A program made the position numbers and the translations under genes. Below the pieces are notes generated by a model. It searched no databases. It saw only the letters and a program-made list of their open reading frames with translations, and was not told where the DNA came from. Shown in pieces: positions 1-7,590 of a stretch of 41,231 nucleotides of DNA. The stretch comes from a virus, in IMG/VR virus record IMGVR_UViG_3300045988_102542, positions 1-41,231 of that record. One strand, given 5' to 3'. Each line of letters begins with the position of its first letter. Position 1 is the stretch's first letter.

Positions 1-52
1 AAAATAAATGGAGCGCCTAGAGGGATTCGAACCCTCGCACCTGGTTCCGGAG
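1..52 (-). repeat. attL core: 52-bp direct repeat, a displaced 3' fragment of a tRNA gene
   Basis: Base-for-base identical to 41180-41231. Minus strand reads T-arm GAGGGTTCGAATCCCTC, acceptor, CCA. Sequence after pos 52 is not tRNA-like (no 5' half). Confidence 0.9.
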
Positions 53-150
53 TTCTGTTTTATATGGGAAGAATTATTTTTAAAAAGCGTGATTTAATCG
101 ATAAAATCAATATGTCTGGCGGATTTATTTGCGAGGCTAAAAGGGGCTAA

Positions 151-203
151 AAATGGCAAAGTGGAGCAAAATATGGGTGAGATTGCTCCACAAACTGCTC
201 CAC
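151..203. promoter_or_regulatory. Candidate integrase arm-type binding sites (TGCTCCAC x3, one inverted)
   Basis: GTGGAGCA at 151-158 (inverted), TGCTCCAC at 184-191 and 196-203. The 20-mer TGCTCCACAAACTGCTCCAC recurs at 41097-41116 near the other att end. Confidence 0.45.
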
Positions 204-206
204 TTT

Positions 207-1283
207 TTAACAATAAATCTGATTAATTTTTTCTATAATACGTTCATCATAACTTGGGATAGCATGGCCATATAAATCTAAGGTGTGGCTTACTCTTGCA
301 TGACCTAACCGGCGGGACACTTCTATAATCGGAATACCGGCGGCTAATAATAGGGTGGCGTGGGTATGCCGCAAGCAATGGAAATTTCTATGAGGCAGTT
401 CGCATTGTGTGATTACTTTTTTCCAGGCACGTTCTAAAGCCTCAGGGCGGACAGGATTATTATTTGTGTTTCTGAAAACAAGCGTCTCTTGCTTGATATC
501 TATTGTCTTTTCGTTATTTCTCAATTCCTGCAGTGCGGCGGTGACCGTAGCGGGGATTGAGATTTTTCTTTTTCCTGATTTTGTTTTCGGAGGCTGAAAT
601 GTAATTTCACTACCGACACGCTGCAGTTGTTGGCGGATGGTAACGGTGCCATTCTTCAAATTTACATCTTTCCAACGCAAACCAAGCACTTCACCTCTCC
701 GCATGCCAGTATGAGCCGCCAAAAGAAAAATAGGATAGAAAACGGGGATTTTATCTTTTGTGTAAGAAAGTATTTTGTTAATTTCATCTTTATTAAATAT
801 GCCGGGTTCATCCCGGAGAATCTTTTTTGCTTTTGCAAGACGGACGATATTCTTCTGAATGATACTTAGATCAACAGCCTGCTGAAATGCAGCATGTAAA
901 AGAACATGAACTTTGCGGGAACAGTCCGGAGTTAAACTATTTAACAATTCTTGTACATGAGATACAGTACAGGACTGGAGAGGGATTTTTGAAATAGGCT
1001 CAATCTTTGCGGCAAGATAGAGATATCGTTCGTATGTACTGGCTCTGACAGTATCCTTTTTATAAGTAGAAAGGAAATACAAAAGCCACTGACCGACAAG
1101 CATATCTGATGGTGCAACAAAATTACCGTCACGCTCTGCTATTTTCTGCCGTGACATCCAGTCCATAGCATCGTCTTTCTTCTTAAAACGCTTGGAATAC
1201 CTTCTTCCGTTAATCATAACAAAAGCACGATAACTATCATGAAGCTTATCGTAAATCAAGGATCCTCTTTTATACTGTTTCAC
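207..1283 (-). CDS. int: Tyrosine recombinase / phage integrase
   Basis: 358-aa ORF next to the att repeat. Catalytic-domain motifs GMRRGEVLGL, HCLRHTHATLLL and LGHARVSHTLDLYGH (R..H-x-x-R..Y pattern). Confidence 0.95.
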   Translation of the reverse strand: MKQYKRGSLIYDKLHDSYRAFVMINGRRYSKRFKKKDDAMDWMSRQKIAERDGNFVAPSDMLVGQWLLYFLSTYKKDTVRASTYERYLYLAAKIEPISKIPLQSCTVSHVQELLNSLTPDCSRKVHVLLHAAFQQAVDLSIIQKNIVRLAKAKKILRDEPGIFNKDEINKILSYTKDKIPVFYPIFLLAAHTGMRRGEVLGLRWKDVNLKNGTVTIRQQLQRVGSEITFQPPKTKSGKRKISIPATVTAALQELRNNEKTIDIKQETLVFRNTNNNPVRPEALERAWKKVITQCELPHRNFHCLRHTHATLLLAAGIPIIEVSRRLGHARVSHTLDLYGHAIPSYDERIIEKINQIYC

Positions 1284-1331
1284 GCAACCGCATCCTCTTT
1301 CCGTTGTTACCAGTGGTATTATGGTTCGGTT

Positions 1332-1877
1332 TTAAAATTTTAAACCTTTTAATTTAATATCTGCTATCGATTTGTCATACACAATGAACATAGACCGCGA
1401 AACATCTTCCAATTTTCCGTTGTTTACATCTTCTGAAATTTTATATTTATATTCTCCGGAGTGGACATCTATAATTGTTAATACGGTTTGCCCTTTAAAT
1501 TTCATTGTTGTATGAAATAATCCGGGGGCATTTATTTTATCAATATAAAATTGGCTATATACGATGTAGTCGGCATTCAGGAGTTTTCCGATATTAATCA
1601 AATCTGTTGTACTGAACGAAATATCAATCTTATTATCTAAAATATAATCATTAGCGACCTGCGCTGTTTTTTCTTCAGGTATCATGGATCCTTGCATAGC
1701 ATTCACAATCAACTGCTGCTTTGATTTTAGTTCATTCAACTCATTTTTATCTTTTGTAGATTGTCTTGCGCCAGCCATTAAAACTGCGACATTTGGAGCC
1801 GACGCATAAACGATATTAAATGTAAATAAAGACATGATAGTAATTAATAGTGTAATCAACAATTCTACTTTTTTCAT
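1332..1877 (-). CDS. Secreted protein of unknown function (lysogeny-module accessory gene)
   Basis: 181-aa ORF with N-terminal signal peptide (MKKVELLITLLITIMSLFTFNIVYA/SA). No domain recognised. Same strand as repressor, ImmA and int. Confidence 0.6.
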   Translation of the reverse strand: MKKVELLITLLITIMSLFTFNIVYASAPNVAVLMAGARQSTKDKNELNELKSKQQLIVNAMQGSMIPEEKTAQVANDYILDNKIDISFSTTDLINIGKLLNADYIVYSQFYIDKINAPGLFHTTMKFKGQTVLTIIDVHSGEYKYKISEDVNNGKLEDVSRSMFIVYDKSIADIKLKGLKF

Positions 1878-1889
1878 TTTTCGACTCCT

Positions 1890-2333
1890 TTATAAATGAC
1901 GTGCCCCGTAAGAAATAGACTTAAGATAAACCAATTGATATGGAATACCGAACGTACGCGCCAGATTATAAATATCTATTTCCGGATGACCAGCTATCAA
2001 TTCATCGGAGAACAGCAATTCTACGGCAAACTGATTCGCTTCTTTTTCAATCTTGCAGTTAGCAATAAAAGAATTTCTATTAAAAGCATGAGTACCTGCG
2101 TGCGGATGAAGCAGCGCATGGCCGAGCTCATGAGCACAAATAAACGGCTGAAGAAACGGATCGGCATGATCATTTATCCGTATTGTTTTGATGCGAAAAA
2201 GATTACTGAAATATCCCAAATTCTTTCCGAGCTCTTCGTATAAAATGTAGATGTTATTTTCTGCAGCAATACGGAACGGATCTCTTGTATTGTGACGATC
2301 CACTATACCGTTTACGAGTTTCTTTATGTCCAT
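1890..2333 (-). CDS. ImmA/IrrE-family zinc metallopeptidase
   Basis: 147 aa with HEXXH motif (CAHELGHALLH). Lies directly downstream of the XRE repressor, as in ImmR/ImmA pairs. Confidence 0.8.
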   Translation of the reverse strand: MDIKKLVNGIVDRHNTRDPFRIAAENNIYILYEELGKNLGYFSNLFRIKTIRINDHADPFLQPFICAHELGHALLHPHAGTHAFNRNSFIANCKIEKEANQFAVELLFSDELIAGHPEIDIYNLARTFGIPYQLVYLKSISYGARHL

Positions 2334-2344
2334 GATGTGGTCCT

Positions 2345-2851
2345 TTATTTACGGTGTTTCTTCGGAGTAAACTTCTCTTTAGCTTTTAATTTTGCAAAGC
2401 GGAGAGCATTTTCAAGAGATGCTTTCATGTACTCCCGTGTTTCAGGATCCATTGGTTCCCCGCCATTATACATAGCAATAGCATCTTGACTGTCCATATC
2501 GTTCAAAATGTCGGACAGTCTTTTTTGGATGTCTTTTTCGTCTTTTTGAGTAAGTGAAGGTTGGAAATCTGTAGGAACATCATTCAGTCGGATGGAAATA
2601 TCTTTATCAAGTAATTTATATAATCTTTCTGATGTCATATTCATTGCAATCGCTAAATTGTGCAAAAATGTGATTGATGGATTTACAGGTTTACCTGTTT
2701 TAGAGTCTTTACCGTTCTCAATCATGCTTATGTATGGTTTGGAACATTTAGCAAGTTTTGCAAGATCGTTTTGTGTTAATCCATTTTGCATTCTGTAATT
2801 TTTTACTATATCGGACAATCGCAATTTAATCACCTCATTTCTTTTATACAT
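2345..2851 (-). CDS. XRE-family HTH repressor (CI/ImmR-like)
   Basis: N-terminal HTH GLTQNDLAKLAKCSKPYISMIENGK. ORF is open to GTG 2884. ATG 2851 or TTG 2824 (preceded by GAGGTGA) are more likely starts. Confidence 0.85.
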   Translation of the reverse strand: MYKRNEVIKLRLSDIVKNYRMQNGLTQNDLAKLAKCSKPYISMIENGKDSKTGKPVNPSITFLHNLAIAMNMTSERLYKLLDKDISIRLNDVPTDFQPSLTQKDEKDIQKRLSDILNDMDSQDAIAMYNGGEPMDPETREYMKASLENALRFAKLKAKEKFTPKKHRK

Positions 2852-2892
2852 ATTAGCATATAGATAAGAGGGTGTAAACTGCACTTAATAAA

Positions 2893-2939
2893 TTTACTTT
2901 ACTACACTTTACTTTTTGTGTTAAGTATGGTAAAGTGTA
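2893..2939. promoter_or_regulatory. Operator-like repeats in divergent repressor/cro intergenic region
   Basis: Perfect 10-bp inverted repeat TACACTTTAC (2903-2912) / GTAAAGTGTA (2930-2939), plus three direct TTTAC units at 2893-2912. Confidence 0.55.
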
Positions 2940-2959
2940 AAACGAAAGGAGAAAGAGAG

Positions 2960-3157
2960 GTGAAAAAAGTGAATAAAGTAAAGTTTTATAGGGAAAAAAG
3001 GAAATGGAGTGTAAGGCAGTTAGCAGATAAAGCAGGTGTTACTCCACCGACGATATATGATATTGAATCTGAAAAACCGGCGGATATTAAATTCTCAACC
3101 ATGCTTGCAATAAGCAAGGCGTTAAACCTTACAATCGACACTCTTTTTTTACCATAA
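2960..3157 (+). CDS. Cro-like XRE-family HTH protein
   Basis: HTH WSVRQLADKAGVTPPTIYDIESEK. Track ORF starts at 2918, but GTG 2960 follows SD AAAGGAG. Divergent from the repressor. Confidence 0.8.
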   Translation: MKKVNKVKFYREKRKWSVRQLADKAGVTPPTIYDIESEKPADIKFSTMLAISKALNLTIDTLFLP

Positions 3158-3201
3158 AAGTTAAGTATAGTTAAGACAAAGTGAAAGAGAGGTGAAGAAG
3201 A

Positions 3202-3339
3202 ATGAAAATGACAGATAAAAAGAAATTGAAAAAGAGCCATTATAGGTTAGAAAAAGGCTCTTCATCAATCGTTGTAGCAATGAAAGGAATTATTATCTAT
3301 GCCGATAAGATTAATATTTCACAGTTAAGAGGAATGTAA
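3202..3339 (+). CDS. Small hypothetical protein (45 aa)
   Basis: ATG 3202 to TAA 3339, read by hand (below the track cutoff). Preceded by AAAGAGAGGTGAA, the same block found upstream of the cro-like gene. Confidence 0.35.
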   Translation: MKMTDKKKLKKSHYRLEKGSSSIVVAMKGIIIYADKINISQLRGM

Positions 3340-3341
3340 AA

Positions 3342-3533
3342 ATGACAAACGAAGAAAGAATGTTGGCATTTAGACAAATGACGCAGGAAGAGAAAAATGA
3401 AATGCTGCTTGAGGCGGTTACTGATCTCCAAAAGATAGCAAATGCATACGCGGCGGCACTTGAAATATTAGGTAAAAAAGCCAACGAATTTCACCTTGAA
3501 GCTTCCGCAGTTGTTATAGAAAAACTCAAGTAA
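3342..3533 (+). CDS. Hypothetical early protein (63 aa)
   Basis: ORF with weak SD AGAGGA, tightly packed after the preceding small ORF. Confidence 0.5.
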   Translation: MTNEERMLAFRQMTQEEKNEMLLEAVTDLQKIANAYAAALEILGKKANEFHLEASAVVIEKLK

Positions 3534-4359
3534 CACAAGAAATGAAATTCTGTCCTAATGTAGTTATTTTGCCACACATTGGTTTAAATACGATTTTGTG
3601 ATCATTTAGTAGTTTTTTGATATCAGAAACCTTTTCGAGAGAAGCTATAAATTCTTGAAGAATTGGAATATCTGAATCATATGCATGAGGATCAGTGAAA
3701 CACATGGATTGATTGATAGAGATTATTCCCTGCATAGAAAGATTGTCCACTACCGCGCTAATTTGGTTTAGCGTATCGTAACCAATTAAATCTAAAAGGT
3801 TTTCTATAAGGACTAATTTGTTACTAAGTGAAAATCCTATTCCGCTTAGTTGCAATATATCCGGTAAATTGCCATTGTGCGTAAGGTCAAAGTTCTTCTG
3901 TATACGCACTTCATAAATACGGAAATCAAGATTTTTGTTGAAGAGATCTGATGATAAAGCTTTAGCATCTATTGGACTTAAGCTCTTGATGATATTAACA
4001 AAAACCGGGTGAACAGCATGGTCCATGTCTGTATTCATGGATGACGCCAGCAGATTAACAAACATATTGTGTAGATACTCACAGTTTGGCGCGGAATAGG
4101 TAAACATGTCTTGCATTAGCGGAAGCACCATATATGGTGCGGGTGATTTGAGCTTATCTTCAGGAATGGAATCAAGTTTCTTTGCCAGTTTCTTATGGGT
4201 CTTTTCTAAGCAATAGTCGATATATTCCCTGCCATACAAAATAGGGAATCCACCAATTTTGATCAAACTCCCGCAAACATGATCAAGTGCATTCATTGTG
4301 TTAGGGATAATTTCCCCAGTGGCATTCAAAACTTTAGATGCATCAATTTTTATATCCAT
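3526..4359 (-). CDS. Abi-alpha/DUF4393-like protein (candidate abortive-infection gene)
   Basis: Track ORF starts at GTG 4383; ATG 4359 follows SD AAAGGAG. The block LPLMQDMF..YLHNMFVNLLASSMN..HPVFVNIIKSLSPIDAKAL resembles the Abi-alpha signature (from memory). Opposite strand to the flanking early genes. Confidence 0.55.
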   Translation of the reverse strand: MDIKIDASKVLNATGEIIPNTMNALDHVCGSLIKIGGFPILYGREYIDYCLEKTHKKLAKKLDSIPEDKLKSPAPYMVLPLMQDMFTYSAPNCEYLHNMFVNLLASSMNTDMDHAVHPVFVNIIKSLSPIDAKALSSDLFNKNLDFRIYEVRIQKNFDLTHNGNLPDILQLSGIGFSLSNKLVLIENLLDLIGYDTLNQISAVVDNLSMQGIISINQSMCFTDPHAYDSDIPILQEFIASLEKVSDIKKLLNDHKIVFKPMCGKITTLGQNFISCVT

Positions 4360-4437
4360 ATTATTTTGCTCCTTTCTGCTCACAGTATAGCAAAAAGGGA
4401 GTGAATAAAAAATCAGAGAGGATGAGAGTCGATAAAT

Positions 4438-4671
4438 ATGCTTACTAATACAAAAGATTTCTGCAAGGCAACCGGATATCCGGTTACAACGATACGGATG
4501 CTATGCAGGATAGGAGAGATACCGTTCATTCCATCGGGGAAAGCGTATCTGTTTGATCCGAAAGATGCGGAAGAGGCTATCCGGCGGAAGATGGAAGAGA
4601 ATGCGCAGAAACGGAAAATGAAACAAAGCGGATATGATTTCCGGGCGGAAGTTAGAAAGATGAGAGCGTAA
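4438..4671 (+). CDS. Excisionase-like / MerR-type HTH DNA-binding protein
   Basis: 77 aa. FCKATGYPVTTIRMLCRIGEIPFIPSGKAYLF resembles excisionase-family HTH proteins. Confidence 0.55.
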   Translation: MLTNTKDFCKATGYPVTTIRMLCRIGEIPFIPSGKAYLFDPKDAEEAIRRKMEENAQKRKMKQSGYDFRAEVRKMRA

Positions 4672-4750
4672 AAATGGTAGATAAAATGATGAATTATTTA
4701 TGGCTGGCGGTTTTCGTGACAATGATTATTGCGGTTGCGGAGAAATTATC

Positions 4751-5035
4751 ATGCTTAAATTTATAACCGCATTCATGATTATCGTCGGTATCGCTGGGTA
4801 TGCAGTACAGCCAGAGCCACCGTCAATCTCATACGCGGTGAACATTTCAAAAGGCGAAACATTATGGGATGTATGTGACCGCGTTTCCGGCGGGCGGGAA
4901 AATCTCCAAGAGTTAGTCTGGAGAACCGCGAAAGAAAACAATATCAAAGACCCGGGAACATTACAGCCCGGACAAGAAATCGTTGTCAAAGTGAGGGAAA
5001 TCCCGAATGTACGAACTGAAGATACAAGCAGATAA
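4751..5035 (+). CDS. Membrane-anchored LysM-domain protein
   Basis: ATG 4751 after SD GGAG. N-terminal TM segment (FITAFMIIVGIAGYAV), then a LysM-like block ISKGETLWDV..NNIKDPGTLQPGQEIVV. Confidence 0.65.
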   Translation: MLKFITAFMIIVGIAGYAVQPEPPSISYAVNISKGETLWDVCDRVSGGRENLQELVWRTAKENNIKDPGTLQPGQEIVVKVREIPNVRTEDTSR

Positions 5036-5267
5036 CGAGCTGAAACAATACGATATCGCAGTAAAAGGCTTCGACGATAAATTCTTTTCATTAGCAGTTG
5101 CCGTTGCGATTAACGAGCTATACCGCGACCAGTGTCCGCCGGAACTGATAGGAATGATGAGCAGCCGTGATCCAGAAGTCAGAAAAAGAGTTATTGATAC
5201 GATGGAAAAGTGCCTTCTTGCGAAAATGGAGAAAGGAGATCTGGAATGGAAAAAAGAGAATATATAG
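5007..5267 (+). CDS. Hypothetical protein (86 aa)
   Basis: ORF in tight overlap with its neighbours. No domain recognised. Confidence 0.5.
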   Translation: MYELKIQADNELKQYDIAVKGFDDKFFSLAVAVAINELYRDQCPPELIGMMSSRDPEVRKRVIDTMEKCLLAKMEKGDLEWKKENI

Positions 5268-5599
5268 AAGGTCAGTTACTCTACATCGCTCACCCTTACG
5301 GAGGCGATGAGAAGAACAAAGAAAGAGTACAGACATATTTAAAAATGTTGCAAGCGAAATACCCAGAAAAAACATTGTTTTCCCCATTGCACAATTGGGG
5401 ATATGCACCATATGACAAGGAGCATCAGCATAAGCCGATGAAAGATTGTCTTGAAGTACTGCAGCGATGCAACGCGCTTATCCTCTGCGGAAACTGGAGA
5501 GAAAGCCGAGGTTGTAATCAGGAATATGCCGCTGCCTATGTAATGGATATGCAAATCTATGAAATAAAACCGACGGGGGAAATATGCAGCGTAGACTGA
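5246..5599 (+). CDS. DUF4406 / nucleoside 2-deoxyribosyltransferase-like protein
   Basis: ATG 5246 after SD GGAG. LFSPLHNWG and CNALILCGNWRESRGCNQEYAAA resemble this fold family (from memory). Confidence 0.45.
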   Translation: MEKREYIEGQLLYIAHPYGGDEKNKERVQTYLKMLQAKYPEKTLFSPLHNWGYAPYDKEHQHKPMKDCLEVLQRCNALILCGNWRESRGCNQEYAAAYVMDMQIYEIKPTGEICSVD

Positions 5600-5754
5600 T
5601 ATGCCACGAGTGCGGGAAAACAATTCCCGCCGAATATGTGATGTGGACGAAAGACGGAAAAGGAAACATGGTTCCTGTCCATCGGGACTGTTCATTCCAT
5701 GTTTATCGAGCCGATGAGACCTGGAGATATTCAAGAAAGAGGAAAAAGAGATGA
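5584..5754 (+). CDS. Small Cys-containing protein (56 aa)
   Basis: ATG 5584 after GGGGGA. CHECGK..HRDC pattern. Its stop overlaps the next start (ATGA at 5751-5754). Read by hand. Confidence 0.4.
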   Translation: MQRRLICHECGKTIPAEYVMWTKDGKGNMVPVHRDCSFHVYRADETWRYSRKRKKR

Positions 5755-6158
5755 GATTTGAATTGCCGGAAGCGGCATTCCGAAAATTATGCCGGCTTGT
5801 CAAACAAAGAGACGAGGAGCTGGCGGAAACGTACCAGTCCATTATCGGAGAGTGGCCGCCGTCGCGCGGTGAGGTTCATCATGCAAAACACGCAGGCAGC
5901 GGGGGACCGGATAAGGAAGATAATCTTATTCATCTGTCATACGAAACGCACCGTTTCAAAGCACACGGACTCTCTGGCACGCGAAAACAGTACATGGATG
6001 AACAAATCAAAACATATCTTAACTGTCATGCGGTTAAAGAATGGAGAAAAGAACATGAAATGGAATTGCAGGAACTTTATAAAACGGAAGAAGAACGAAG
6101 AATCAAAAAGAAAAGAGCAGGCTGTATTCCGAAAAAACCCAAGTGGGCGAAGTACTGA
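5751..6158 (+). CDS. HNH-like (beta-beta-alpha-metal) phage nuclease, putative
   Basis: RGEVHHAKHAG..EDNLIHLSYETHRFKAH has His/Asn spacing like HNH-type nucleases. Basic C-terminus. Confidence 0.45.
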   Translation: MRFELPEAAFRKLCRLVKQRDEELAETYQSIIGEWPPSRGEVHHAKHAGSGGPDKEDNLIHLSYETHRFKAHGLSGTRKQYMDEQIKTYLNCHAVKEWRKEHEMELQELYKTEEERRIKKKRAGCIPKKPKWAKY

Positions 6159-6383
6159 CATATATCTTTTGTGGGATAACGTCCGAAAACATCCTATCGG
6201 CTGGCTGATAGAAGAAACACCGGATAAAGAACGGCTGATACCACAGAAAGAAATGCAGGTATTTTTTATGGACAAAAACAATAACTATACATCATCCGGC
6301 GGACGAAAATTCAAGATAATAAAAAATCCCCGCGGGCGCTGGATCGTCCAAAGCGGGGATAGAAAAGAAAGGGTGAGCATAGA

Positions 6384-6617
6384 ATGGCAGTTATGAAATT
6401 GGCAGGCGGGAAAACAGTAGAAGTTTACCGCAACAGGAAATGCCGTGTATGCAAAGCAAAAGTATTCCAGACCGTATGCTGCAGAAAAGAAAAAGCCAAT
6501 ATATGCCAGAATCACTGCAGAAAATGCGAACATTACCTGGACTTTATGCAGAGATGCATATACCGAGAAAAAACAGAAGAGCCAGAAGAAGAGAACAACG
6601 AAAAAGAAGAAAAATAA
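6384..6617 (+). CDS. Cysteine-rich small protein (77 aa)
   Basis: CRVCKAKVFQTVCC..CQNHCRKCEHY Cys/His clusters with an acidic tail. SD-like GGGTGA 7 nt upstream. Confidence 0.4.
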   Translation: MAVMKLAGGKTVEVYRNRKCRVCKAKVFQTVCCRKEKANICQNHCRKCEHYLDFMQRCIYREKTEEPEEENNEKEEK

Positions 6618-6705
6618 AACCGCCCAGGGAAGAATCCTGAGCGGAAGTGCCGTAGCACCAAATCACTACATAAATTATAAGTGAAACGGCACAAAATGTC
6701 AAGAA

Positions 6706-6728
6706 AAAAGGGGATTTCAGCCCCTTTT
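6706..6728. terminator. Symmetric hairpin (bidirectional terminator-like)
   Basis: AAAAGGGG-atttcag-CCCCTTTT: 8-bp stem flanked by an A-run and a T-run. Confidence 0.45.
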
Positions 6729-6753
6729 GAGGACTTGATATAGTAGTTAATTC

Positions 6754-7590
6754 TTGGAACAGGAATTTAAAAAAGTGCCGTACCGAAAAGAAATATTTCA
6801 AGCCCCCGGAATTTATGAAGTGAAAAAATATCACACATATCGATTAGGGGGTAACAGAGTCAGAGGTCCAAATATTCAAAAAACAGATGATGGACTCAAG
6901 AAAAGAAACTCCCGCCGGGCGAAAACAAAACTCTACCGGCTCATAGCAACGAATTTTAAAAGAGATGATTTGCGTATTGACTTGACATATGCAAATCCGG
7001 AGCCGCCAGCAGAAGAAGCAAAAAACAGAATAAGAAAATTTATCAGAGACCTCCGCAAAAAATATAAAAAGAAAAATGCGGAACTGAAATACATCTACGT
7101 CACAGAACATGTCCGCCATCGAGTACATCATCACGTCTTGATTAATGACTGCGGAATATCAAGATCAGAAATTAATGAATGCTGGCCGTGGGCAAAATTC
7201 AATTACAGATCATTCCGGTACTTTGACGGAAGCCCGGAAGACTGCATGAGACTTGCGGAATATTTTGTAAAAGAAACAGATAAAGAAATCCGAAGTGAAA
7301 CCGCCGTACAGAAAATCCGATGGGTACCGTCTAAAAATCTAAAGCAGCCAAACGTGAAAAAGGTAACCATCTACGCCAGGAAATGGAAAGACAATCCGAC
7401 ACCGAAAAAAGGCTATCAGATAGTCAAAGTAGAAAGCGGCTACACAGCAGACGGATTCCCCTATCAGTTTTATCGAATGTACAAAGTGAATGAAAGGAAC
7501 GTATGGCCAATCACGCAGTCGAGAGTACAGAAGAAGAAAAAAGAATGTACCGTGAAACAGGCAAGAGACAAGCCGAGGAGAAGAACATGA
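6754..7590 (+). CDS. Rolling-circle (HUH/Rep_1-like) replication initiator, putative
   Basis: Motif order DLRIDLTYA .. ELKYIYVTEHVRHRVHHHVLIN .. MRLAEYFVKETDK, like RCR initiators (HxH motif, then Tyr). TTG start is uncertain. Confidence 0.5.
   Translation: MEQEFKKVPYRKEIFQAPGIYEVKKYHTYRLGGNRVRGPNIQKTDDGLKKRNSRRAKTKLYRLIATNFKRDDLRIDLTYANPEPPAEEAKNRIRKFIRDLRKKYKKKNAELKYIYVTEHVRHRVHHHVLINDCGISRSEINECWPWAKFNYRSFRYFDGSPEDCMRLAEYFVKETDKEIRSETAVQKIRWVPSKNLKQPNVKKVTIYARKWKDNPTPKKGYQIVKVESGYTADGFPYQFYRMYKVNERNVWPITQSRVQKKKKECTVKQARDKPRRRT

Noticed and set aside
1-52. Left att copy as a functional tRNA gene
   Set aside because: It contains only the segment from the anticodon loop to the 3' end. The adjoining sequence cannot form the anticodon stem, D-arm or acceptor 5' strand.
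5339-5842. 167-aa minus-strand ORF opposite the DUF4406-like gene and the small Cys protein
   Set aside because: No SD, Ser/Phe-rich, interrupts a tightly coupled plus-strand gene chain.
5758-6396. 212-aa plus-strand ORF overlapping the HNH-like gene in another frame
   Set aside because: The first 400 nt give Arg/Lys/Ser-rich junk inside a better ORF with ATGA coupling. Only the non-overlapping tail (about 6169/6254-6396) might be a small real gene, but it lacks a convincing start, so it is not listed.
6440-6684. Two K/R-rich ORFs (66 and 79 aa) overlapping the Cys-rich 6384-6617 ORF
   Set aside because: Alternative frames of an A-rich stretch. Poly-Lys/Arg composition with no start signals.
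7503-7586. Upstream extension of the SNF2::MTase ORF (track start 7503)
   Set aside because: It lies wholly inside the Rep-like gene. ATG 7587 has an AGGAG SD and overlaps the upstream stop.
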